Positions 39,201 to 50,645 of a stretch of 64,000 nucleotides of DNA are shown here, piece after piece; within the stretch, counting starts at the first letter, position 1, and each line of letters begins with the position of its first letter. The DNA is from Lophium mytilinum (Eukaryota), in contig MU004191.1 in NCBI GenBank assembly GCA_010093605.1, forward strand, positions 542,816 through 606,815. The letters run 5' to 3'. The notes beneath the pieces are model-generated. The model worked only from the letters and a program-made list of their open reading frames with translations, did not search any database and had not been told where the DNA came from. Made by a program: the position numbers and the translations under genes.

Positions 39201-41988
39201 CTAATGACGATACTGATCAGGAAGAATCATCTCCCGGGATGTTCACCTCGGCAGCAAGTAAATGACCAGGATATCGAGAGTCTTTCTACCAAAAAGGGCT
39301 ACAAGCCCTTACTAGTCCTCGGGCCTACAAGCGCTCTCCTAAATAGGAACCTCGCCAAATTCCTAGACATTCTTCCTCAACAGTTTGGCAACGCAAATAA
39401 CTCTCAGGCTGCCTTTCTCGACTATGTTCATCTCGTCAGCTCTCTGGATGAGTTCAATTCATACATCAAACAGAACTTCCAAAACGTTACTCCTGGTGGT
39501 TTCTTCTTGGGAGGCAATGGTTCCACACCCACCTTCAGCTACTACTCGGATATCGGCATACTAGGAGTGTACTCTTCCGTCTTCTTACAAAATGCTTTCG
39601 ACGTGTTGTCAACGAATATTCCAATCGTCACTCAATACCGAGCTTTCAATTACCCATGGCCAAACAACGCCGGCAATTCGATTCAGTTCATCTTTTACTT
39701 CGGCTTGGTCATGGCTGCGTATCCAGCCTTCTTCGCTCTTTACCCCACGGTGGAGCGCCTACGTAAAATCCGTGCACTGGAATATTCCAATGGCGTGCGA
39801 TCACTTCCCTTATGGCTTGCATATCTGTCCTTTGATTGGGCCATCACGCTCCTCGTCAGCGTCTTTATCACGATAATAATGGCTGCCGCTGCGAAAAATG
39901 CCTGGTGGAATCTTCCGTACCTCTTCGTCGTGCTCTTCCTCTATGGCGCCGCGTCAGTCCTGTGGTCCTACATGGTATCGCTATGGGCGCGGTCGCAGCT
40001 GTCAGCCTTTGCTATCTCTGCAGGGTCTCAAGCGTAAGCCCCTTCTTCCCAAACTCCACAGAAAGATGCTCAATTTTAGTAGATTTATGCTGCTCATGTA
40101 CCTTACCGCCATTTTCAATATCGAGACGAGACTCGACCCCGCTAAGGTGGACGATGCTATCACCATAGTCAACTTTACCTTCAACCTCGTTACCCCGATC
40201 GGAAATCTGACTAGAGCTCTGATAATCTCCTTGAACATGTTCTCCTCGCTTTGTTCTGGTGCACCTTCGAAGATGGCGACTTATCCTGGGGGCATTAAGC
40301 TCTATGGCGGTCCAATACTCTACCTCGTCGGCCAGTCACTTGTCCAATTCGGTGTATTGATGCTGGTGGACCATGGCTGGACGCCGAACTGGTTCAAGAA
40401 GCCTACCCCCGAGCCAGACGTCGAAGACCATGACACAAAGGAAACAGAAGTACTAGATGAGATTGAGCGAGTAGCCTGCTCCAACGACGGTCTCCGCGTT
40501 CTTCATCTCACCAAGACTTTCAAAACGCGAGCTTTTGGAGCGGTCACAGCAGTCGATGATCTCAGCTTCGGCGTCAAGAAAGGGGAGATATTCGGCATTG
40601 TTGGCCCAAATGGCGCTGGCAAGTCGACTACAGTCACGATGCTCCGCGGAGATCTCCAGCCTTCTCGAAAGGGCGGCGAGATCTACATCGAAGGTGTTGA
40701 CGTGAGGAAGGAGAGGAAAACCGCCCGCTCGCACCTTGGAGTTTGCCCACAGTTCGATGCTATGGACCAGATGACTGTGCTCGAGCATTTGGAGTTCTAC
40801 GCAGGCATCAGGGGTGTCAGAGAGGCCAAGCGGAATGCACGGCAGATTGTAAAAGCTGTTGGTCTTCAGGTCTTTGCGCATATGATGGCGTCGAAGCTTT
40901 CTGGTGGCAATAAGAGAAAACTTAGCCTTGGGATTGCTCTGATTGGTAAAACTGTCCCACTCATTGCTTGATACCAGTACTAATTTCGATGAAAAGGCAA
41001 CCCGGAGGTTGTCCTCCTGGATGAGCCATCGTCTGGAATGGATCCTCTCGCCAAGCGTACAATGTGGAAGACTCTCACCAGCTTTGTTCCCGACAGATCA
41101 ATCTTGCTGACTGTAAGTTACCCGCCAACACAATCCGATCCTATACAGTTCTATGCTACAAGTCTGGGCACGGGCTCGCTCTAGTTTGCCCACCCTACAC
41201 CACTGTTCGGGGTAGCCTGGCTGCTGAGCAGGCAACTAGTTAAGAAGCAGTCTAATCCGCACTGCTTGAAGCTTGACATCGCCCTTGAGTCTTCAAAGCC
41301 CTGTAGGGGCACCCCAAGCAGTGGCGTACCAGTGTACCCAGACTTGTGGTCTGTCACTGTAACCATCCATACTAACACAGCTCCCCAGACCCACTCAATG
41401 GAAGAAGCCGACCATCTCGCTGACCGCGTCGGCGTCCTCGCAAAGCGTATGCTCGACATCGGCACGACCGCCCACCTCCGCGCTAAGCACGGCCACGGCT
41501 TCCACATCCACCTCGTCGCTAGCACGGCGCCGCGTACCTCTGCGGAGGAGATGGAGCGAGTTCGCGTGTGGATAGTGAAAAATTTGCCCGGCGCGAAGAC
41601 GGAGGGGCTGCCATATCATGGGCAGATGCGATTTAGCATCGCTGCTGGCTCTGAGCTCAAAAAAGCGCATGGTCCAGGGCAAAGTTCAGAGAAGGGCACT
41701 GGGTCTTCTTCGCAACCAGCTCGACACAACGACCCGGATTTGGAGATCACGCCCCACGAGCCGGCGCTAAGTGGCGCGGGAGTCTCTATTGGTGCACTAT
41801 TCGTGTTGCTAGAGGAAAACAAGGAACAGCTTGGCCTAGAATTCTATTCCGTCAGCCCGTCGACGTTTGATGAGGTGTTTCTGAGGGTGGTCGAAAAGCA
41901 CAATATTGGTGAGGAGGATCGACCAGAGGCGAAAAAGGACTGGAAGTTCTACGTGAGGCAGCTGACGAAGCTGATCTATTGGATATGA
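36206..41988 (+). CDS. Full-size ABCA-subfamily ABC transporter (TMD-NBD)x2, ~1655 aa, 7 exons
   Basis: Exons 36206-37081, 37137-37907, 38237-38542, 38598-40033, 40083-40945, 40997-41112, 41389-41988 (4968 nt). NBD1: [37 protein letters not shown]2: [35 protein letters not shown]. Confidence 0.93.
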
Positions 41989-42262
41989 GGCTTAGATGGC
42001 TCAACACTAGTTACTGGGAAGGGCACAAAAGAGAGATGTTCATCGAGGTCAAGGATGTGTGTGTAAGCAGGGTAACCAAGAGATGATGTTGATCGCCACT
42101 ACAATACCAATTCGTTCAGAATCACCTCCGTATTCCATGAGCCTCAACACTATCCAGTAATCAGTGCTCATATTTGAGCAGTTTCGCTAAGCTTCATCAC
42201 CACTTCAAGTTCGATGACGCCGAATCATCCTTCCAACGTCAGCCAATCTGCTTCAGAGAGGA

Positions 42263-42480
42263 AAGGCAACCACTCTATGCAGCGGTGTCAATCCTGTCTC
42301 TGACTCTCCCATGGGGGAGTAAGGCAGCCACTTTATACAGCGGTGTCAGTCGTACTTTTGATCCCCCAAGCCGTGGAGACAATCACTCATGCGAACCAAA
42401 TTTAGCTTGTTCGTGTCTGATCCGCCATAGAAAAGGGAACTAGTTCATGTAGCGGTGTCATTTCTGTATTTGATCCCCCC
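42263..42480. repeat. Degenerate tandem repeat of ~57-bp units (3 clear plus 1 diverged) with core AGCGGTGTCA...TGATCCCC
   Basis: AGCGGTGTCA at 42281, 42339 and 42451, preceded by similar AAGG(C/G)A(A/G)C flanks. Spacings are 58 and 112 bp. Confidence 0.7.
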
Positions 42481-42937
42481 AGATCATCTCTTCTTTGATT
42501 ATTTCTTGGAGGTTCCAGGAGATGGGGGGCAGGCGAGGTTTATATAGTCCAGGGAAGCGGGAGGTTGGAGAACGGCATGTGATATAGGGGATTTCACGTG
42601 TTCATCCCTTCCAAACCTTCATTCCCTACAAATAGCGTAATGCTAAGAGTCTCTATCTCTTTCATATTGTTCAGAATACATTGAAGCACCACAAGCAGTG
42701 GCAGGCAGGTGTACAAACGGCAGAATACATGCCGAGTGTGCCACCTTCACACCCAGCGAGCACGGAAGCTTCTACGCCGCAACTATCTCACGAAAGATCG
42801 AAACTATACCAGACGAGGAGCTATGATATCTGATACCCATACCAAATGTTACCAATTACGCCTATCCCGAAAGCGTTCTGCAGAGCACAAATTCTCTGTC
42901 ATACTTATACCAATATGTAACTCCAACACCCCAAACC

Positions 42938-45900
42938 TTACAACCCCAATGCTTCATCACTCACAAAATGGGTACCCCCCGCACATCTGTACCCACTCGC
43001 CTGCTTAATCCACTGATACCCCATCACACAAACCCCCATCTGCCTCAGCTTCTGCTGCGCCACTTGCTCCTTCTTCCGCTGCTCCTCCGCCTCCCTCCGC
43101 CGCTTCTCCAACTGAGCTAACTTCTCCTCTCTAGCACGCCGCTCCAGTTCGCGCTGAATCCGCATAGCTTCGTGTACGCGCTGCGCTTCCGCGTCGGCTA
43201 GCGCAGCGGCCTTCAGGGCAGCGAGTTCCGCTTCGGCGTGTTTGAGCTCTTCCGCGGCGGCTTCTTGTAGTGCTACTGCATCGGCTCGGAGGCGATCCTC
43301 CTCGAGAGCCCGAGAGGCGGCGGCTTGTTTGTCGTCCTCGAGTTGGGCCCAGATGTCGTCTGAGACGCCGGCGTCGCGGGGGTCGGGGGGAGTGGGCGAG
43401 TTTGGTTGAGCTTCTGCTTGTTCCTTCTGGGGTGTTGGTGGTACGGTTGGTGGAGACGGTGCGGCCGGTGGAGACGGCGCGGCTGTTGGCGTAGTGTTGT
43501 TGTTTGTTGCAGTACCAGTGCTTGTGGGGACATCCGTTGGGTTCATGGACCGGGTCGGAAGAGGAGCTGTAGGGACAGAACGGCGAGAAGTTGATGTAGC
43601 CTTGCTTCGGTGGGAACGCTCTACTATCATGGACTGTACGGCGTCGAGGATGTTCTGCTCCGTGATGGGAACGGGCAGGCTTGGAGTCGTCGCAGTGGAC
43701 ATGATGGCACTGAAGACCATTTTGGCGAGGGTTTGGATGTCCCGCGCATTGCCCCAGGCTGGTAGTTTCGACAAATTACTGAAGGACTCAAGTAACTGTT
43801 GGCGAAGAGGGTCTGAAGGTGGTTCCAGAACGGTGGTGTTGAGCTTCTTTTTCTTAAGAGTATCTTTGAAAAGCTGTAGGCATTGATCCGGAGTTAGATG
43901 TCCGAACACGATCGTTTCTGGGAAACGACTCGTGAGCCCTGGGTTGATAGACATCAGCCGGTTGATGTCTGCGTCGTAGCCGGCCAGGATAGTAACTAGC
44001 TTTTGGGCAAATTTGGGCTTCGTGAGACTGTCAACAAGCTCGTCCATTGCTTCCGTAGCGAATTGTCCCTCGGCGAGGCGGTACGCTTCATCAATGAATA
44101 AGACTTTGCCAAGCGCTTTTTCGAGAAGTTTTTGTGTTTTTGGTCCTGTATGGCCAACGTACTGTCCTACTAGCTCGGTCGCAGAGCACTCGACTACTTC
44201 CGCAGTAGCTAGGAAACCCATGTCGTAGTACACCTTGCCCATTCGGCGAGCGGTCGATGTCTTTCCAGTCCCTAGAACGCTGTCAGCACAGTTCGTGGCA
44301 GCATCAAGGAAGAGACTTACCCGGTGGCCCTCGGAACAGGAAGTTAAAAGGAATCTGTTCTCGAGGGTCCATATCAAGGGCCTTCATATTCGCCGCCGTG
44401 GTCTGGTAGCCCTCAAGCTGCTTCACGATAGCGTCGCAACCGATTGTGCCTTCAAACAATTTACGGCAATTAGTCATGGCACGCTGGCCACGGTCGAAGT
44501 CTTCATCGAAATCCAGAGCTTCCAGCTTGTCGAGATGTTTTGAGGCTCCCGCGGACACATGTTTTTGATGGAGCGCCTTGGCTTTATCGAGAAGTATATC
44601 AACTTCACCTGCGTTACCAAAGTTTGGACGGTTGCGCGCTCGACTCAGCATATCCATGGCTACTCGCTTGGCTTGATCCGTTGCCTCGAAGCCTTGCGTT
44701 AGAAGTTTCGCCTCCAGTATTTTTTCCAGTTCCGTGTCAGAAAAGTCTTCGAAGACGAAAGCCGAGTCTAAAGGAAATCGTCGAGATAGACCGGGATTGA
44801 CTTTCTGCAACATCTCCTCCATCTGGTCTTTGTAGCCAAGCAACAAGACACATCGGTCGTCTCCAGCCGTGCTTTGAACCTCAGCCACGATCGTATCAAT
44901 GACTGCCGTTTTGAAGCTATCCGCATAGCTATGATCGCCGGATCCTCCAGAAAGCATGTACGCTTCGTCGATGACAAGGACCTTACCGATAGTTGAAGCT
45001 AAAATCCCTTTTGTGTTACTCTCAGACTTACCTAGTACATCGCCAACAAAATCTGCAGGATTCTTGACCACTACCTCACCGTTAGATAGGAGGCCGATAT
45101 CCGCAAGTATCTGGCCATAAAGCTTTGCAACCGTGGTTTTGCCTGTGCCCGGAGAACCAAGAAAAACCTTGTTGAGGGAGTACTCCACGAGCGGCTTTTC
45201 TTCTAGTTCCCGACGATAGTTGAACTGGATCGTGTCGAAAAGAATCTGTACTGATTCCTTGACCACCTTGAGGCCAGTGAGGCTCCGCAATTTCGACCAG
45301 GAGGCATTGGACTGGAGAACATTCGAAGGATCTGGACCTAGCATATCTTCTTTGGTCAACAAGTTATCATCTGGACGCCTGCCAGCTCTTCTCTCTCGCT
45401 TCAACCTCGTTGCTTGTCGGTCTGTAATCTGAGCCAATTTGTTGTGCACAGCACGTGCGTTTCCAAATCCTTCGCGGCCACGTCCTCGTCCGAGGCGGCG
45501 TGCAACGATGCGAAAGTATAAGCCATCCATACCAAGCTCAACTTCCATTTTTTGGTTGTATTTTTTCTCAATGGCATGACGCATGATGAGCAGAAGTTCT
45601 GAATCCTCGTAATCCTGGAACTGAAACTGCTGAGGTATACGACTTGGAATCCCTGGATTGTGCTCAAAGAATGCTTCCATCTGTTTGTTGTAACCGGCTA
45701 AGATGAAGACCACCTTGCCCGTCAGGTTCTCAATCTCTGCGAGAAGATAGTCAAGAACCGCCTTTCCGCCCGGGCTGTTGCCGGAGACGAGCTGGTATGC
45801 TTCATCGATGAAAAAAGCGCCGCCGCCGCTATTCAAGATGTTTTCGAGATGCTTCTTGCATCCAGAAACGCCATCGTTGGCAAGTGCTGATCCGGAGGTT

Positions 45901-48900
45901 TCTAAAAAGAAGTCACTAGATAGGGCGCCCACAGACGCAAGAAACTTCGCATAAAGACGCGCGACCGTTGTTTTGCCTGTTCCTGGGTTGCCGAGGAGAG
46001 CAGCGCCGAAGCGTTCGTCTTTGAGCGACGCGCGTTGTCGTATTGTAGCGTCAACTTTCGCTTTGATGGAAAGAAACTGTTGTTTTACGTCTTCGAGACC
46101 AATCATGCCCATCAAAGAATCCAAAGCGTCATTCTTTGCTCCTTCAAACTCTTTTTGATGCTCCCAGTCAACTGTCGATGGAGGCGGCTGCCATGAATTT
46201 TGGGCTGGAGGCGACGAGGATTCGGCAACGATTTTCGTGTTCTGCGCAGCGAGTGGGCTCGCCTTGTCCGAAGGGTTTGAAGGGGGCTTGAATTGTCTCG
46301 TCCCGCTGGTTTTGTCGTTCTTGCTGGCGGTTATGACTGGACTAGGATCTATTATTACACTCTCGCGAGCCTGCCGATTTGCTGCAGTCATGTTTACCAG
46401 ATCCTGCTTGTGCTGCAGGATGACTTTGAGCCTCTCCTGATCATCCGATTGGTCTTTTGCTACTCGTCGTTGATGTTCAATCTCCTCTTGGATATCTGCC
46501 AATTCCTTGGCATAGGCTCTTTGCTTGCTCTCGCGCTCTACATCAAGTCTGTGGTCTCTTCGTCGCTTTCTTTCTTGCTCCCTTGCTATCTCGTCGCACT
46601 TTCGGCAAGTCGCTGTCTTTTGCTTGTAACAATGTAAGGACGTCTTATGGTTCTGCGAGCAAGTATACTTGACGATGGCTTTACAGTCAACCTTGGAATG
46701 ATCTTGAAGCTGGTGGCAACGTTGAGGACAGTCATGTACGTTGCAATTGAGTTTAGTCCCACTTCGAGATCACAGTTAGCGTAAGGTCGGAATCTGTGCA
46801 GGAAAAACATACCATGGTTCGCTGCAGCCTCCATCTGGGCACTCGACATCGAAGTCTTCTTTAGTGCGGAGCAAAGCCTTTCTGTCCGGGTGCCTCTCGC
46901 ACTTGACCGGAAAACCATCGAACACATGGCCCCCTTCCTTCAATTGATTCAAGAGCGGTTCCCAGACTGCTTTTCCTTTTCGGCTTCTCATGAACGTGTT
47001 TGAATTACCAATCATGATCAGGGCATTGCGTGCTCTGGACAGAAGGACATTTACTCGTTGCGGAGAAGACATGAAACCTATCTCACCACTTGCGTTGCTC
47101 CTAGTCAACGTCGCAATAACTATGTCACTTTCCTCTCCCTGATAATTATCTGGAATGCGTTAGTCGGGCTACAGAGACAATGGCGTAGTCGCGAAGTTTA
47201 GAAGGCGGTAATTCTCACCTATTGTAGAGATCTTAATCGGCCTTTTCGATACTCCAGCGCTAGCAGGCGGAAGCAGCCCAGCCCGAACGAGTTCGGATGA
47301 GTCAAGATCGTTAAGAATGGGGTCATTCTCCTCCCCGAGCCGAGTACGCAAAAGCTGCAGTTGGCCGAGATAGGGTGTGAGCACTACGATGTTTTCGGTG
47401 CCGTATCCCTGCTGCCCAAGGTAGCGAACGCATCTCAGGACCATGTCCACTTCGTAGATATTTTCCTTGCTCACTTGAGAGCCCTCATCTCTTCTCTCTG
47501 CGATTCTTTTCGCATTGAGCTCTTCGTGGTCGTGTGTAATGAACATGACACGGTCCTGAAAACCCCTTAGAAATGGCCGATTTTGGGTTTTGGGGGCATC
47601 CTCAAGCTCAGGATATGTCATGTGCCTCACAAGAGATGATATCTCTGGACACATTCGGTGCTGTAGACTGAGAGTCTCGTGACTCGCTCCAGAGAGAACA
47701 AGTCGTTCGAATAGAGATTGGTTGAGGTTGTAGTCGTCTCCATGCTCAACGGTCAGCGCGTAGTTGTTGACCTTGGGTCGCAGCTGCATGTGATCGCCGA
47801 TTAGAATGAGCTGCTTCGAATTTGGTGTCATTGCAGTCAGCACATGGCTCTCAAGTATCTCGCCGGCCTCCTCCACGATGATGATTCCGGGTGAGGCATT
47901 TCCGATCTCTTTGGTGTACTTCGCGGCAGCGGTCGTTGTGCATCCGATCACACGCTTGCTCTTGATGATCTCGGCATTTCTTTCATCGAAGAGTTGGTTC
48001 ACTTGGCCCACGCACCGGTCGTACTTTTTCACTAGAGTCTGAATCTCTGCGGCGAGTTCTTGAAGCATTTGCATCCTCCACCTAGTCATGCAGGCATCCC
48101 TCGAAGGCTTATCCATCTTCCAAATCTCCGAGAATTTGTCGAAAATTTGATGGGAGAAGACTCCTGGACCTTTGCCAGCTCTCCATTGGTCTAATAGATA
48201 AGTATCATCGATAACCTTGTTGTTTTTACCAACTTGCGTCATTCCGTCTTGCGAAGAAGGTATCGTGAATGCATTAAAGAATCTCGAGTCATCGTCGGAG
48301 AATTCGAGGTGCTCAAGCAACTCGCTGAGGCCAATCTTGAAGTCATTGTATTGCTTGAACTTTTTGTTTAGAAGTTTTTGGTAAGACTCAGCTTTAAGCT
48401 TCTTCGCATTGATGATGTCCCAGGAGGCTGGTGTACGGCGGTATGAGCTGTTTTGTTTGGACAAAAGCAATGGCATCGTTCTGGGCGTTGATTTGCTCCC
48501 AAGGCGTAACATTGAATCCATGGAGATCCCGATGTCCAGAAGATCTTCTAGGAACTGATCAAGTGCATGGTTCGTGTAAGTTATCACCAAGATGATTTCC
48601 TTCGTATGGTCAAACAGGATCTTCGCCAACAATGCGCCTATGAAAGATTTTCCGGTCCCTGTGAATGTTAAGTCACTGCCTCACTATCTAAGGATAGGGT
48701 GTTGAAAGAACGTACCGGGTGGCCCTTGGATAAGGCAGACTCTTCTTGTTAGTCCCGAAATCAATGACTTGGCCTGGGATGCGTCAAGCTTAATGCCTTG
48801 TGATGTACCGATGACTGTGCGCATATCCTGCTGGCTGTTTTGCTTGATCAGCTCTATGATACGTTTCGGTTGAACTTCAGACTCCGGCAGTGATTCGTTC

Positions 48901-50198
48901 GTATCCAGTTGAAGCAACTCCTCTCGCATTGGAATCTGAGTTTTGGATTGAAGACATTTGAGCACTGGCTCATAAGCGAACACAGCCGTGTCAACTAGCA
49001 CGAAGTCGAGGAGCTGGCCTGCTTTGGTGGCAAGAAGAGCTTTCGTGAAAGCTGCATTGCTCGAGATTCTCAAAACGATAGAAGGTGGATTTTGGGCTAG
49101 TCGATTCTCGTCCCTGTCGAGAGTCGCAAAAGCAACAAGATCATTACCCGCCATCAAGCTTCCGAAAGATTGATGCTTGAGAAATTTATACTCATTTCGA
49201 ACATACTTGAGACGATCCGTGGGATTTCCGATGTTGGATAGTTGTGGGATGTCTTTGACGCAACGCAAGACCATTGAGCAAAACTTTGGTCTCTGGTCCG
49301 TTCCACAATCAAGGGCCTTGAGATACAACCCTCTCACGATGACGCTTCTTCTCTTGCCATTTTTTCGGCCTTGTGCTATTTGCAAGTCGCTACGAAGTTC
49401 ACCGAGCATGTCTTCTCGGAGAAGACGAAATTGATTGTCCAGATGCACGGCACCACGGGCTTCGACTTGGGCAGATTTGATAGCATCTGCTTGTCGATAG
49501 AAAGGCTTTTCAGTCGAAGATAACTCATCCGGGGTGGGAAGGATTGCTACTTGACGAAAGTCGACGAAGTCATTATCGTGTCGGCCACCAGGTCCCGCAG
49601 CGCCACCGTAGGATGCGTTCGACGCGGTGGTTTGGAGGACGTGCTTCAGCTTCTGACCGTACTTGCGGGCCTCAACCGATGGCGAGTCAAGTAGGGACTT
49701 GTTTTCAGTAACTTGTTCTGCGACATCTCGAACATCTAGAAGGCCCTCTAGCTTAGCTGAGAGGAGCTCTAATAGGAGCCATGCGAAGGCTTCCGTTGCA
49801 TTCTCGGTCAAAACCCTATCCTTGTGGGCCTTGACGAGAGCGTACCAGAAGGTTGGCGGATCAGTAATAACTTCGAGAATGCGAAGGAGGAATTGTCCAC
49901 CGCAGAGTTGGCGAAGCGCGGGTTCGGAGAAATAGAGGAGAAGATCGGTGGCTGGACCGATGAGGAATGGTCGCGAAACATCGAACCTCAACGACTCTTT
50001 CAAGACTTTCAGCCCATGCTCCGCGGCAATGAGCTTCTCGACACAGTTTACGTGATCTTTCTGATCACAGAGAGCCTCGAAGAACTTGTTTCCGTCTGAA
50101 GCAGTCTGTATTGCCCGCTTTCCGTGGATTGCTTGCAGGAAGTACTTCGAGAGCTTTGCCGACCGCCCTGAGACGTCAGCAGACATGGTGGAGGCCAT
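42938..50198 (-). CDS. ZNFX1-like SF1 (Upf1-type) RNA helicase + NF-X1-type Zn fingers + three CbbX/SpoVK/EccA-type AAA+ modules + C-terminal Cys/His domain, ~2344 aa
   Basis: Exons 50198-48716, 48658-47219, 47149-46813, 46761-44321, 44271-42938 (7035 nt). ZNFX1-type motifs GRHDNDFVDFR.VAILPT.DE, HLDNQFRLLREDM, QGPPGTGKS, YTNHALDQFLE, VEEAGE, LIGDH.QLRP, SLFERL, QHRM, LTPY.GQ, DNYQGEE, R.NVLLSRAR. Three sets of GxPGTGKT / hIDEAY / NPGhxxRhP / GNA. Confidence 0.92.
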
Positions 50199-50645
50199 CC
50201 TAAAGCCATCAGTAACCCATCCAAAATGACACTCAACTAAAATAGCAGACGAGAACATACCAAAACAAATGATCAAGAGTCGTCAATATGTGCCAAACCT
50301 ACGAAGAACGTAGTGCAATCGGCCCCGTATCGTGTGGGACGGAAGAGGATGACTCTCAAGGGCTGGCAGGGCGTTTCGTTATCAGCAATGTCTCGGTGTT
50401 AGCTCTTTTAAATGATTGGGACTCTTGCCTGCATTGCAGCAGTCGCTGCTGCCTCCAGACTCCTGCATCTTCCAGGTTTGTACAGCACACCGTGCCACAT
50501 GAAAGGGCCAATCATGCGGTTTGGAGCTCAGCCTTCCACAAAGCAATCTTGTAAGTTAAGGCTCGTTACTTCTCCGACATTCTTTCCTTGATCACTTGTT
50601 CTACTGTGCCAGCGAGGCTTTCCAGCGAGCTTTCATCTTTCGATC

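Noticed and set aside
42263..42480. CRISPR-like array
   Set aside because: The context is eukaryotic, the repeats are degenerate, and there are no unique spacers or cas genes.
50199..50276. ORF-track N-terminal extension of the helicase
   Set aside because: It overlaps a probable 5'-UTR intron (GTATGT at 50260 to TACTGAT..TAG at 50200).
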